Below are positions 13,951 to 27,998 of a DNA stretch of 64,000 nt, piece after piece (position 1 is the stretch's first letter; each line of letters starts with the position of its first letter). The stretch lies in contig OX597822.1 in assembly GCA_951406725.2 (NCBI GenBank), forward strand, positions 1,984,001-2,048,000, in the 5' to 3' direction. The notes beneath the pieces are model-generated. The model saw only the letters and a list, made by a program, of their open reading frames with translations, ran no database searches and was not told the origin of the DNA. A program made the position numbers and the translations under genes. This DNA is from Octopus vulgaris (Eukaryota).

Positions 13951-14034
13951 ATCTTTCTAAAGAATTTTCTAATATTGATTTCTTGATATTAATAATAATA
14001 TGTTATAAAATATATGTATGTATATGTATGTATG

Positions 14035-14068
<34 letters not shown>

Positions 14069-15065
14069 TGTATGTATGTATGTATGTATGTATGTATGTA
14101 GTATGTATGTATATGTGTGTGTATATGTATATATATATGTGTGTGTGTGTGTATGTATATGTATATACACATAACAATTCTTGATAATGTACCTGAGAGT
14201 TAGTGATCATACATGAATTCAATTTTCTTTATCTGTCGCCCACCTGGCCACCTGTTTGATAGACTCGTGATGTCTCCCAATTTATAAAACCATTTGTTTT
14301 AATTTGCCGTTTAATCAGTATCGTGTACAAGAAACATTTAAGCATTCTTTCACATGACGTTAAACAATCATACACAAAATATTTGGTGCTGCTGTGGCGT
14401 GTTATCTACAACTTCAAGAGCGATTACTTTAGGCTAGATTTTAATTTCTTTACGTTGCAAAACTCTCTACTGTCAAACTTGTGTGATCTACACGCTTATT
14501 TTGATTATTGTATTGTTTATTCTTGATTTCTTCCTATTATTTATTAAGACATAAATGAAACATAGTTTTCTCATTATTAAAATAGTAAGAATTTGAAAAA
14601 AATACATTTTCAATCCTGGGTATATACAAAAGAATTTCTTGTAGAAAATCATTAGCCAGCATGTTAAGGGGATTTACAAATTTAAAACTAACTGAAAGGT
14701 AATCCTAAAGTAATCGCCCTTTACGTTGTTGATCACACGCCAACGTAGCACCCACTATTTATTGATTCCGTGACTTACACTATGCGCGTCCATTCAAGAA
14801 GTTTCCAATGTAATTCTAAAGGAACTGTGAAGGGAGTTAGAAACTAATCAAGACAAAGAGCAAGCGAAGAGATGGAATAGGAATACCGTAAAACATTGCA
14901 TCCAGCAGTCTACCAGTTCAATGAATCCAACGCCGATAAGGTGAGCGGTACAGTCAACGTCCGAGCAGAGGAAAATCACAACAAACGGTAAAACAATTTT
15001 AGCTGTCACTAAATGCATTCACAAACATACATACACAAATCCCATATATCTATATATGTTTATGT

Positions 15066-15490
15066 CTTATCATTTGCATGTTTCAGCCGTCTGACTGCAG
15101 CTAATGTGGCGCACCGCCTTCACAGTTTTAATCAAATAAGCCCCGGAATATATCTTCACTTTGTTTCGAATTCTGATATTTATAATATCGTTATTTTATG
15201 TCGAGGCGCAAAATTACTGGGTCTTAAACAAACCTACAGCAGTTATCAAGAAGTGCTGGGGAAACAACAGAGTACAAGTGCAAAGAAACTCACAAACACA
15301 CACAGATATGTATATGCGTATACGACGGGCTTCTTTCAGTTTTCTGCTATTAAATCGACTTACAAGTCTTTGATTGGCTCGGAGCTTTATAGTAGAGGAT
15401 ACTCGCCCAAGGTTGTATGCTATGAAACTGAACCAAAAATCACATGGTTTGAGAGCAAACCTCTTAACCATATAGCTACACTTCCGTATA
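15066..15490 (-). mobile_element. SINE family A, decayed
   Basis: tacgacgggcttctttcagttt...ctcttaaccatatagct similar to other copies. Confidence 0.7.
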
Positions 15491-15593
15491 GAGCTACGCC
15501 GCCGCTTATAGCCAAGTTGGCGCCTGTATATGAGCACGCGCGCGCATGTGTGTTTTCTTGTGTGCGTGTATATATATATTTATATTATATATA

Positions 15594-15770
15594 TAGGGAG
15601 AGTTTTACGAAAAAAACAAAAGACGAAGACAGGTGGTGTAGAAAAGAAACAGATGTATTAGTATAACGCTAAGGAATAGAAAAAGTCTTTTACGTTTCGA
15701 GCCTACGCTCTTCTACAGAAAGGGACACAGAAAAAACAAGGAGAGAAAAAATGTGTGTAGTGGCTAACGA
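15594..15770 (-). mobile_element. Hammerhead-bearing element H1
   Basis: Minus strand cttt-CTGTAGA-a-gagc-gtag-gctc-GAAAC-GTA-aaag at 15686-15724; flanked by (TA)n and (GT)n. Confidence 0.75.
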
Positions 15771-15816
15771 TGTGTGTGTGTGTGTGTGTGTAGAAAGATA
15801 GAAAGAAAGAAAGATA

Positions 15817-15879
<63 letters not shown>

Positions 15880-16432
15880 TAAACGTGTGTTTGTGTGCGT
15901 GTACATTTATGTCTGTTTATAGCGAGTGACAGAAAGCGAGACACATACGTATACCCACATAGACACAGCAACACTCACGCACACATATGCAAACACGAAC
16001 ACACAGCCACACGAATACATGTCTAAATATAATGAAGATAAATAGACATTTTGTAGATACAGCGATAGCATAATCTTCTAGTAATAACTTCTCTAAAGAA
16101 CTCAACAAGATAGGAAATATTTATACTTATGAGTATCATACATAATTCATAACCAGAAATAAATATTCATATTCTTGGTTTAATATTTCTGTATCGGTCG
16201 AGGTTTCAATGTTTTATAGGCGACGTAGGTACGTGGTAAGAACATCTCTCCCCAACCGTACCGTTCCGGTCTTAGTGCCACTGAGTGGGACCTTGGGAAA
16301 CGCCTTCTACTGTAGCCCTGGGTCAACGAAGCCTTTTGAGTGAATGTGGTCAACGGAAACCGAAAGTAGTCCATCGCATACATGTATACATACATACATA
16401 CACACACGTCCACACACATGCCCTTACATATT

Positions 16433-16518
<86 letters not shown>

Positions 16519-16522
<4 letters not shown>

Positions 16523-16540
16523 CTCACCCCAGACACAACA

Positions 16541-16606
<66 letters not shown>

Positions 16607-16750
16607 AGTATATATATATATATATACTGTTGTGTCTGGGGTGAGTCATTCTCATTTAACACACTCACCGGTAATATTTTCCACTCATTTACTTATTTAT
16701 TTTTCTAAAAGTTTCGTTGCATTTTGCAACCTTTTCAATAGTTGTTGACT
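16519..16750 (-). mobile_element. Hammerhead-bearing element H2 with short inverted terminal copy across a (TA)n tract
   Basis: atgactcaccccagacacaacagt / actgttgtgtctggggtgagtcat; minus motif cta-TTGAAAA-g-gttgc-aaaat-gcaac-GAAA-cttt-tag at 16705-16741. Confidence 0.65.
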
Positions 16751-17384
16751 CTGTCCGTTATTGAAGCTGCTTTCTTTTCCTTTGTTTGTGCGCATGCGTG
16801 TGAGTCAGTGTGTATGGGCATACACATGTATGTATGTATATGTGTATGCATGTATGTATGCATGCATGTAAGTGTGTGTATTCATGTATGTGTGTGCGTG
16901 TTCGCATATGTATATATCTATATGTGTTTGTTTGTATATATGTGTTCTGCATATTCATGTGTTTGTGTGTCTGTGAGTTCATGTTTGTGTGTTTTATGTG
17001 TATGTGTGTGTTTGCATGTGTGTGCATCTCTGTCACCTTGTGTGTGCATATCTGAGTGTTCTGTGTGGGTGTGCGGGTTTTTGTGACTATGTACTGTGTC
17101 TGTATGTATGGATGTGTGTCTCCATATGTGTCCTTGCGTGTGTATATGGTCATGTGTTTCAGTCTTCATTTGTGTATGCGTGTGTATGTCTGTTCATTCA
17201 TAGGACCTATGTACCTATCCGTCTGTATGTCTATCTGTTTACTTTCGTATCCATATGCCTACATACAGGTGCATATACATATACATATATACACACACAC
17301 ACATACATGCATACAACTACCTACATAACAGCTCACTTACTATTCTGCCTGTATATAAATATAAAATGAAGGTATGGGGATGTG

Positions 17385-18335
17385 ATTATCTGCTATGTAT
17401 ATTTCCTATACAGTTTTGGGGATGTTTCATTTATAAGAACCTACTCCTGTATTTGTCTGAGTGTTGGGTCCTTTGGGTGCTTGGATAAAATGCGTGAAGT
17501 TGATCTAGGTTGCCTCTATGTTGGTCCTTGGCATGTTGGAGGAGTATGGAGGACTGTTGTTTTGTCGTCATATTGTCTCGAATGTTCATTTAGTCTTTCC
17601 ACAATGCTCCTATATGTCTCTCCTATGTACGTCATGTTCATGTCTTTACAAACTCCTTCTATGCTTCTTATGCTGTAGACTACATTTTCACTTCTACAGT
17701 TAACGCCAGGATTAATCCTACATACCATGTCGTTATCATTGGTGCATATGGTATTCTCAAAGGGGTACGTCCTACATAGTTGTGATCTAATGGAGTTCAC
17801 TGGTTTTCCAACAATTTTAATGTTGAGTTCGGTCTCCTTCAGAGCTTTCTTAAATCTACGGGCTAATTCTCTATGGGCTGTGGATTCTACAAACATCACT
17901 CCTTGATATTTGTCGGTTTTATACCACATGTTCACCCTGTTTGCTTTGTCCCAAGCTCTTTGTATCCTATTCCAGTCATTGCTTTATATCTAGGGCAGGT
18001 ACCACTGGTATCATTACATTTAATATTATATAACTTCTTTATAACACCCCTGTATACTCAAACCCTATCTTTCTGATTATATCAGTAGAACTGCATGCGG
18101 TGCATGAAGTTATGTACATGACTTTTCGTTTCATAGGGTTTGCATAATGGGGACACGTTGTTCGTTATCCTAAGTCTGCTATCAGTATGTTAATTTTCAT
18201 GTTGTGGGACAAGGCTGAGTTCTTGTGAACAACATATTTCGAAGTTAAGGGTTTCATATGACAGGAGCGGAGGAGCTGCACTCTGTTGTTCACAGTCTCT
18301 AACCAAAGTTCAGTATCAAGGACAGGGAGTCTATT
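17385..18335 (-). mobile_element. Penelope-like element remnant (RT thumb, Cys linker, GIY-YIG), lineage 1
   Basis: RLPVLDTELW, MKPLTSKYVVHKNSAL, VMFVEST, NCRSENVVY...YIGETYRSIVERLNEH, DPTLRQIQE; frameshifts and stops. Confidence 0.85.
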
Positions 18336-18579
18336 GTTGGGACGTAAACACACAACATCGGTTGTGAAGCGATGGTGGGGTGACAAGCACAGACACACAC
18401 ACACACACACATACACACACACACACACATACACACACATACACACATATATATATGATTACATAAATTTGGAGGAGAAGCACACTCTAAGATGTAGAAC
18501 AGTTAATATTATAGTGGGGTTGGCCGGTTTATGGCGTTACCCTGCGTTTGTCACTCATAAGGGGTTTAGTTTTACGGTG

Positions 18580-19005
18580 GGTACTAAGTGGTACAGGCAT
18601 TCATAGAAATAGGAGTCAAACTGACACATGAACACTATCATAATAACTGGCGAGGGAGATAGCTCCCTTTGTGGACATACCCATAATCATTAAGATAATG
18701 CTCTTGTGGCGAGTGAGTCAGTTTGACTCTTATTTCTAGCAATGCCGATGCCACTTAGTCATGATCTGACTGTTCGTCCGATGTCACTTTGTTCAACGTC
18801 ACTTCGTCCACGTGTTTTGGTCCGACGTCTTCTTGACCGACGAACTTTTTCGCCCAACGACTTTTGGTCGAATCTGAAATAAACTCTTTAGAAAACAAGA
18901 TGAACATCAAAATCAAAGAATCATTGAGAATTTTATGGATTTGTCGTTGAATATGGCGTTGGACTAAAAGACGTCGGACGAAAACATAGCATCGCACTTA
19001 GTACC
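18580..19005. mobile_element. Hairpin MITE whose right TIR is interrupted by a second MITE
   Basis: ggtactaagtgg...tagaaataggagtcaaactgac / gtcagtttgactcttatttcta...ccacttagt[insert]acc. Confidence 0.7.
18760..18994. mobile_element. MITE with reiterated subterminal ttcgtcc/ggacgaa motifs, 8-bp TSD
   Basis: CACTTAGT at 18752-18759 and 18995-19002. Confidence 0.75.
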
Positions 19006-19604
19006 TTCTGTCACTTTAGAGGCATATATATCACACTTCAGTAACACACATCTATATATAGTCAATAAAAAAAAAAACACAGGAAAAGAAAAAAAAAGTC
19101 AAACAAATGTGGCTTGGAGAAAGGTTGTTGTTTAAGTTTCGAGGTTATATATATATATATATATATATTGTCTTGGGTATGACATTAAGCGACATCTGGT
19201 GGTTGTAAGGTTCCTGTTTGTGAGTTGTGCGGAGCGTGGAATCACATCTTCATTACTGTTGCTTTCATGTCCATTGTCACCCGGCAAAGTAGAAACTCTC
19301 GGGATCCAACCTTAAGGTTAATTCTCTGTACCGAAGGCGGAAGGGAGCTTTTCTAGAAGAAAGTACCCTGGCATAAAAATTAGTACCAGTCATTTTGCCA
19401 TTGTTGTCACTGGAAGCTACTATGGCTAGCGAGAGAGAGGTAAAAGTGTTGCATATGATACACTTAATTTTGTGATCCGTTTTGTATTTTATAAATTCCA
19501 ACAGCAATAGATGTGTGGTGTAAAAAGTCAAATAATTTAATTATTCATCAATAAAAAAACGCGTCTGAAACAGCTGCAGTAAAATTTTAATCTTTTCGTG
19601 TTAT

Positions 19605-19695
<91 letters not shown>

Positions 19696-19849
19696 TTTAG
19701 AGAGAGAGAGAAGAAGAAGAAGAAGAAGAAGAAGAAGAAGAAGAAGAAGAAGAAGAAGAAGAAGAAGAAGAAGAAGAAGAAGAAGAAGAAGAAGAAGAAG
19801 AATATAGGTAATTAATAAATTATTTATTAATTAAAAAATTGACAAGTAT

Positions 19850-19933
19850 CACTTGCAGCTGTTTCAATTCAGGCCCTCAGAAAATTAATTAATTAAATTT
19901 AAAAATATTTGAATGTCGAATCTCTTCAGAAGC
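19850..19933 (-). ncRNA. Degenerate type I hammerhead motif
   Basis: Minus strand gctt-CTGAAGA-gattc...gaatt-GAAAC-agct-GCA-agt; triplet GCA instead of GUA. Confidence 0.5.
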
Positions 19934-20036
19934 AGATAAAGATGTAAAAATTAGGTGTTCAGTTATATATATATATATATATGTAAAGGCAGTGCTCCAT
20001 CATGGCCTAAGTCAAATGACTAAAACAAATAAAAGA

Positions 20037-20076
<40 letters not shown>

Positions 20077-20203
20077 ATACATATGTATATATATAGGCGT
20101 TCGCTTCCCAATCTTATGGTTTCAGGTTCACTATAACTTCGGGCCGACCGAAGCCTTGTGAGTGAATTTGGTAGACGGAAACTGAAAGAAGCCTGTTATG
20201 TAA

Positions 20204-20239
<36 letters not shown>

Positions 20240-20842
20240 TTGTGTTTGTGTGTGCGTTTGTGTGTGCATATTGTTATTCACAGAATCTTAAATATGTATT
20301 TAATACATTGATATGCACATAAATAGAATAAAAATGATAGAGAACAGACTATTTAATGCCAAAGAAAATTGAAAGGTATTGACGTGAAAATTTAAGAAAA
20401 TATTCACCCAGTTTCCTAGAGTTTCATGTCACCGGTCATTGAAGGACCGCAAAGCATATGAAAGACAGACAGATACTCAAACACTTCTAATTCATTCACA
20501 GACGATCAGACATATTTTTATTGGTTCAATGTTGGCAACAACTTGAAATCTGCAGAAAATGCTAAAAGTTAAATCACATGATCGTTGCCTAAAACATAGC
20601 AAATTAAACTCTAAAATTAATTAAAACATGTAAAGTATTTAGTAGTGTTGTGTATTATCAAATAATTAATTGCATTGCTAGTCTGGAACTGAAAGTTTAA
20701 TGCCATTATCAAGTTTTGAAAGATAACTGATAATTGCCGTCGCTTACACTTTAATATAGGTGTATGTAGGTGTTGTTATTATTTTTGTTGTATGTTCTTT
20801 TACGATATATTTATCTTAAATGGTATCCAGCATACATTTCTT

Positions 20843-21432
20843 GTTTCTTTACTACCCACAAGGGGCTAAACATAGAGGGGACGAACAGGGACAGACAAAC
20901 GGATTAAGTCGATTATATCGACCCCAGTGCGTAACTGGTACTTATTTAATCGATCCCGAAAGGATGAAAGGCAAAGTCGACTTCGGCGGAATTTGAACTC
21001 AGAACGCAGCGGCGGACGAAATACCTATTTCTTTACAACCCACAAGGGGCTAAACACATAGGGGACGAACAAGGACAGACAAACGGATTAAGTCGATTAT
21101 ATTGACTCCAGTGCGTATCTGGTACATATTTAAGCGACCCCAAAAGGATGAAAGGCAAAGTCGACCTCGGCGGAATTTGAACTCAGAACGTGACGGCAGA
21201 CGCAATACCTATTTCTTTACTACCCACAAGGGGCTAAACACAGAGGGGACAAACAAGGACAGACAAACGGATTAAATCGACCCCAGTGCGTAACTGGTAC
21301 TTATTTAATCGACCCCGAAAGAATGAAAGGCAAAGTCGTCCTCGGCGGAATTTGAACTGAGAATGTAACGGCAGATGAAATACTGCTAAGCATTTCGCCC
21401 GGCGTGTTAACGTTTCTGCCAGCTCGCCGCCT
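20843..21432 (-). mobile_element. SINE family B (Meta-domain-like gcctttcatcctttcggggtcgat), head-to-tail trimer
   Basis: Three ~185-bp units, only one with the aaggcggcgagctggcagaa head; TSD tatccag(c/t)atacatttctt at 20824-20842 and 21433-21451. Confidence 0.9.
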
Positions 21433-22148
21433 TATCCAGTATACATTTCTTTGTCCTTCATACTCAAATTCGTGCTAGTGGCAATTCTGGCATATTTTGT
21501 CGTTTGATTTATTTTTTGTTTTAATGTTCTTTCTGTAATTGCATCAATCAATGTAAGCGATAAATGTCCGCAACTTAAATTACTTAAATTACTTCGTATA
21601 CGGCTGTAGTACATGTCTGGCAGTAGCCAAATTTAAAAAACAGCGGTGTGGTGATGACGCCCAACATTGTAAAAAGAACTGTTTTTTAACTGTCCCTGTT
21701 TCCAGAAAGAAACTAATTAAACATCCTTTTCCGTCTTTGTTGGAATTTTGATTCCAGAGAATTGTGTCTCGCATAAGGTTACCTCCTTTTAAATTGCAAT
21801 TAGTCGAGAATCAAGCCAGTTTATTATTTACAGACATTCTCTCTCTCTCTCTCCCCTTCTCCACACACGCTCTCAGTATCTCTCTCTCTCTGTTTCTGTC
21901 TGTTTTTGGCTGTCTGTCTGTCTATCTGTCTCTCTCTTTCTCTGTGTGTCTCTGTCTCTCTCTGTCTCTCTCTCACTCACTCTCTCCTACTCCAGGAGCA
22001 ACGCATTTCAAGAAATCAAGAAGGTATTTTTATATCGAGTAAACCGAAGAATTACAGTGACTTCGAAGTTTCAGTCTGGACTCTGTGTGTGTATACATAC
22101 ATACATACATACATACATACATACATACGTATATACATACATACATAC

Positions 22149-22222
<74 letters not shown>

Positions 22223-22275
22223 TGAGAGATTTATATATACATATACATACGCACACACACATATATATATGTATA

Positions 22276-22363
<88 letters not shown>

Positions 22364-22369
22364 GGTATA

Positions 22370-22434
<65 letters not shown>

Positions 22435-22481
22435 ATATACGTATATATAGGTATATATGTATATATAGGTATATATATAGG

Positions 22482-22793
22482 TATATAAGTACATTAAAAG
22501 GCTTCCAGAAGAAGAAGTGAGTACTAGATACACAAAAGTTGGATAAATTTAGTGAAATGAAAATTAGAAACCTTTACAAACTCGGTTCATCTTATACTGC
22601 AGTTTCGTCTTTTTCAGCATTAAATATAATTTATTGCTCAGGCAATTATATTTAATGCTGAAAAAGACGAAACTGCAGTATAAGATGAACCGAGTTTGTA
22701 AAGGTTTCTAATTTTCATTTCACTAAATTTATCCAACTTTTGTGTATCTAGTACTCACTTCTTCTTCTGGAAGCCTTTTAATGTACTTATATA
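22482..22793. repeat. Perfect fold-back palindrome, 150-bp arms, 12-nt loop
   Basis: 22482-22631 is the reverse complement of 22644-22793; arms carry GAAAC-tgca-GTA, a hammerhead 3' half. Confidence 0.95.
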
Positions 22794-22911
22794 TGAATAA
22801 CATATGGCCTATGGCTAAAATGTCTTTTGTGCTAGATCACCGGCGATAATAATTTATTTTATCGCATTTTGACTATGTTTACGTATATAGGTATATAGAT
22901 ATATATATATA

Positions 22912-23368
22912 CAGGATATTTCAAAAATAATGAACCGATTTCATTACGCGATATTTTAATATGGAAAAGCATTAGATAACTCCAGCTAAGTCACAACTAT
23001 TTAGTCACAATAATCTTTTATTTCCTGTCTTATATGTGTTCAATGTTGTGTGATTTTTTTCTTGTGGGGATATGTAGAATATTGCCGTTACATTCCACCG
23101 TTACCCCCTAACGTCGATGACATTAAACATCGAATAACAACAGCGATCAACTCAGTGGCTTGTGATATGCTGATACCCGTCTGGGAGGAATTCTCTTACC
23201 GCACTGATGTTGCCTGTGCTGCATGTCATGGCTACATTGAACACTTGTAAGACAGGAAATAAAAGTTGATTGTGAGTAAATACTTGGGACTTAGCTGGAG
23301 TTTTCTATTGCCTTTCCTTATAAAAGTATTGCGTAATGAAATCGGTTCGTTCTCTTTCAATAACCCTG
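22912..23368 (+). mobile_element. Tc1/mariner-superfamily deletion derivative with ~130 bp TIRs, TA TSD
   Basis: TA|caggatatttcaaaaataatgaaccgattt...aaatcggttcgttctctttcaataaccctg|TA; transposase C-terminus DFFLWGYV...IKHRITTAI...VWEEFSYR...IEHL. Confidence 0.9.
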
Positions 23369-23943
23369 TATATAAGAATAAAAACAAAAACAGGAAAAAA
23401 CAACATAATTCCATATGACGAACGCAATGAATATATTAGATTGATGTTCAGAAAAAGTTTAAGATGAGAAAAAGATGGCGATGTGAAAATTACTCTTCGG
23501 CAGAAAGAATAAAATGTCCGGAGACAAGGAAAAGAATAGAACATTCCGGGAAAAGCAACTTTGTCGTCACATTGCAGTATATACATACATACATGTGCGC
23601 GCGTGTGTGCATGAGTGTGTGTGTGTATGTGCGTGTGTGTCAACTTACTGATATATGTAATATATATGCACACAATACAATATTGAGTCAAAGAATAACA
23701 AAAGTTAAATCATATCTGAGTTCTACGTATTAATCACGTTTCTGTTCGTTAACCATGTAACAAAAATACAATGGAATATGGTAACATATTTAGCTTAAGA
23801 CATATCGCATATTATGCACACCTTCTATACACTAGCGTAGCTAGAGTATGTGCCAGCGCGGCGGCCTCACCGTTTGCAGCTCCTGGGACCCACAAAAAAC
23901 ACATGTTGCTTACAGCAGACCCAAAAATGGTGCATGTATGTAC

Positions 23944-24027
<84 letters not shown>

Positions 24028-24575
24028 CAATAAGAAAATGGAGGGATCAATAGATGGTTCATCAGCTTTTAGACATTATATTATGTCAATTTATTTATTT
24101 ACTAATAGGACAATTATAACAATATACATACATGTATAACATATTATGCTTTACATATATAATATATGAAAATATAAAAATATCAGTGATTATTAAGATA
24201 TATATCATATAACAATAGTAATGGGGATAATATCTTACAGCTGTTTCAGCCAAGCGGCAAAAATACCTCATTCTACTTTTATCCCTCTAGTGGACTGAAG
24301 TAATTAGTAGATGAAATTGAGGTACTTGGCTGTTTCGCTAGGCTTCCCAATATGCATGACAAGGGTGGGGAGGAGTGGTCATGTGTGCATGTCATAATAA
24401 TTTGCAAGCTTGTTTTAGTTCGTGCTCACACTTAGAAAAGGAGACTAAATCGATAAATGAAGAATGACTGATAGTGAGAAATCTGTAGTGTAAAGTGAAT
24501 GAAACACACACACACACACTCACGCACTCACACACGCACACACATATACACACACACACATATATATATATTTAT

Positions 24576-26056
24576 GCTAGGGGAATTATCCGGTAAGACG
24601 CGGTAAAGCGGGGGTTTATTTCCAGTTCCCGTTTCCCCTCCACTGCTTCATGTCCTATTCCGTTCCCGGATCAGTTCCCGTTTAAATTACAAATAGATTT
24701 ACAAATGCACAGTGACGTGGGATAGATTTACAAATGCTGGCAAGTAATACTGTAGAATCATAAAATTGATTGATCGCAATGGTAAGGTAATATCAAAGTT
24801 GAATCGGTGGATGGTTGGTAGCATAACATGATTGACCTTTTAAAGAAAACTTCTCGTAAGAAAATCCGCGTATTGTAGCTGGTGTTGTCGCGTGTAACTG
24901 CCTGTCTCCCTACTTTTGTAGAGTCTTCCCTGTTGCTGTCACATTGAAAATTATTTTAAATTTTGTCAAAATTTTCCAATTTGGTTTACTGAAATAATTT
25001 TCCACATTAAATCTGATTTTGTTGTATATTTGTTCCAGAAAATAGTAGAAACATATTACTGGGGTTTAAATTTTAATTATTGCGACCTAATCAGAAAACA
25101 GGATTTGGAAGCTGGAATTTTCTGCATGATAGCTGTCTATCACAAAATGAAAGCAAAATCATTAAGAGGAGGAATGTTTATTCAAGAAACGAGAGCAAAG
25201 CATTACGACTACCAAAGTTGTAATAACTCCTGAAGATTTAATAAGTTTTAATGAATAAAGTCATGTGAAACGGTCGAACATACATGTAAATAATTATAAA
25301 AGAATAGAGATCGTCAAGGAATTTTTAGCGAAACATTGCACAAATCTGTCCTTATGGAGAGGCCTGTCTGTCGGGGAAGGCATGGTAAAAATTGCCCGAC
25401 AATGACGAGCTATTCATCTATGGAAGAAAATGAAAGACATTACTTGTAATGTTATTGTTGGAGTACGTTGGTAAATTTTTCATAAATCTTAATATGGTGA
25501 TTTGAAAACAAATATATAAAAACACTTTACCTTTCACTTGTTAATTTAAAATCTGTTGTTGGATATATTGTAAAAGGTTTGACTGAGCATACGATAGTTA
25601 ATTCACAAAAGTGTATTCGTTAAGTGGTAGGTAAAAATTTAAGAACAAACTACTCCCTTCAGTAAACACATTCTCTCTCTCTCCCGTTCTGTCCCTGTCT
25701 CTCTTTCTCCTCTCTCTCTCTCTCTCTATCCATCTATCTATCTATCTCTCATGTTCCCTGTCTTTCTGTCTCTTCGTGGCTCCTCCTCTTCTCTGATATC
25801 AGTCACCCTCATTATGCCACCACATTTCCCTTAACGTAGCACTTTATACACCCTTTTCGTTTGATCATATAATAGACCAAACCCCATAGGGGGATCATTA
25901 TGAATTTTAGGACCCATTATCGATTTTTATCCAGTTAGCCTATAGTTGAACTGGATGTTAGTTTAACATGTAAACAAAGTTTCATGAAGATTGGCTCGCT
26001 GGTTTAAACAGCAAGATGGTAACACACAGACGGAAATTTCCATTTTTATATAAGGT
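24576..26056. mobile_element. Helentron-associated-like non-autonomous element
   Basis: ctag...ccggtaagacgcgg subterminal hairpin; other end aaagtttcatgaagattgg...acacacagac...tttatataagg. Confidence 0.5.
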
Positions 26057-26104
26057 ATATATATATATATATTTTATATTTTATGTGTTTCAGCCAAAGT
26101 CTGA

Positions 26105-26645
26105 GGCCATGCTGGTGCACCAACTTTACTACTGCGTCCGGGGATTGTTCCAGTATAGCGTCTGGTGAGGTAGCGAGTTGGACATTGCTGCCCTTCTTTC
26201 TGCCTTCTGCTGCGATGTGGGTTTATCCAAAATTGCAGATAAACTGCTATCTAGACGTTTTTTGAAGAATTCCATGTCTACACCTTGCAGATCCCTTATG
26301 TTCAGTGGTTGGGCATTGAAATGTTGTGGTCCCTTCAATCCAAAGCTATTACAATATTGGGTTCGTATCCTCGATGCACAAGATGCGAACTGTGGTACTG
26401 TGCACTGCCGCCCAGTTCGGGGATTGTTGTAGATTTCAATTCCGAAATTTGGAGCCAAACCTTACACTATTTTCCACATGTATAGCACTGCATACCTCTC
26501 ACGTGTTCTCTAAAGGGAGTAGAGTCTCAGGTCCCTCAATCTCTCCCAGTAACCCATCTCTTTTGCTGAGTGTATCTTCTTTGTGAAGTGGCGTTGGATC
26601 GCTTCAAGTTTCGCAACTAGTTTCACACTCAGAGGGGACCACAGC
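26105..26645 (-). mobile_element. CR1-group LINE, 3' end of ORF2
   Basis: YMWKIV...PNFGI...PRTGRQC...SFGLKGPQHFNAQPLNIR...FFKKRLD...RAAMSNSL. Confidence 0.8.
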
Positions 26646-26664
26646 TAGAAGCAGTAGTCCAGAC

Positions 26665-26764
<100 letters not shown>

Positions 26765-26890
26765 TGAATATGCTCCGGAATAATTAGCAACATCTCTTTC
26801 TTTCTCCTTCTCTCCCTCTGTCTGTATTTTCTCTCTCTCTCTCTCTCTCTCCCTCCCTGCATTTTCTGTCGATACTATATTAGTCCTCAG

Positions 26891-27360
26891 AAGGCAGCGA
26901 GCTGGCAGAAACGTTAGCACGCCGGGCGAAATGCTTTGCCGTTACGTTCTGAGTTCAAATTCCGCCGAGTTTGACTTTTCCTTTCATCCTTTCGAAGTCG
27001 ATTAAATTAAGTACCAGTTACGTATTGGGGTCGATATAATCGACTTAATCCGTTTGTCTGTCCTTGTTCGTCCTCTCTGTGTTTAGCCCCTTCTGGGTAG
27101 TAAAGAAATAGGTATTTCGTCTGCCGTTATGCTCTGAGTTCAAATTCCGCCGAGGTCGACTTTCTTCATCTTTCGGGTCTTTCATCGCTTTCGGTTTGTC
27201 TGTCCTTCTTTGTCCTTGTTTTAGTCGATTCAAATTCCGTCGTGGTTGACTTAGTCTTTCATCCTTTCGAGTTAAATTAAGTACAAGTTGCGTACTGGGG
27301 ATCGATCTAATCGACTGGCCCCCTCCCCAAATATTTCGGGCCTTTTACCTAGAGTAGAAA
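26891..27360 (+). mobile_element. SINE family B, rearranged multimer
   Basis: aaggcagcgagctggcagaaacgttagcacgccgggcg head, gaaataggtatttcgtctgcc junction, partial further units. Confidence 0.8.
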
Positions 27361-27596
27361 ATAATATAGTAATCCTCAGAGCAGATTATGTCCATTCCTT
27401 TCTCCATGAACCTCTACTTAAGACATCACTGGAAATGTTTCAAGGGACATTCATGGCATCAATGTCACGAGATTCAGAAGGTCTGCAAATTGATGAACAC
27501 AGCCACTTCCTTTAGATTCCATAAAAAAGAAAGAGTGAAGGCATGGCTGCTACAGGACATTAACTGCTATTATCTTACCAACAATGCAATGTTACT

Positions 27597-27998
27597 CGTT
27601 TCTTTATTGCCCACAAGGGGCTTAACATAGAAGGGACAAACACGGACAGACAAAGGGATTAAGTCGATTAGATCGACCCCAGTGCGTAACTGGTACTTAA
27701 TTTATCGACACCGAAAGGATGAAAAGTAAAGTCGACCTCGGCGGAATTTGAACTCAGAACGTAACGGCAGATGAAATACCTATTTCTTTACTACCTACAG
27801 GGGACTACTCACAGAGAGGACAAACAATGACAGACAAACGGATTAAGTCGATTATATCGACCCCAGTGCGTAACTGGTACTTATTTAATCGACCTGAAAG
27901 TCAAAGCGACCTGAATTTGAACTCAGAACGTAACGGCAGACGAAATACCGCAAAGCATTTCGCCCGGCGATGCTAACGTTTCTGCCAGTTCGCTGTTT
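27597..27998 (-). mobile_element. SINE family B dimer with 24-bp TSD
   Basis: TCTTACCAACAATGCAATGTTACT at 27573-27596 and 27999-28022. Confidence 0.9.

Noticed and set aside
20843-21432. Regularly repeated units resembling a CRISPR array
   Set aside because: Whole ~185-bp units repeat with no unique spacers; SINE multimer in a eukaryote, no cas genes.
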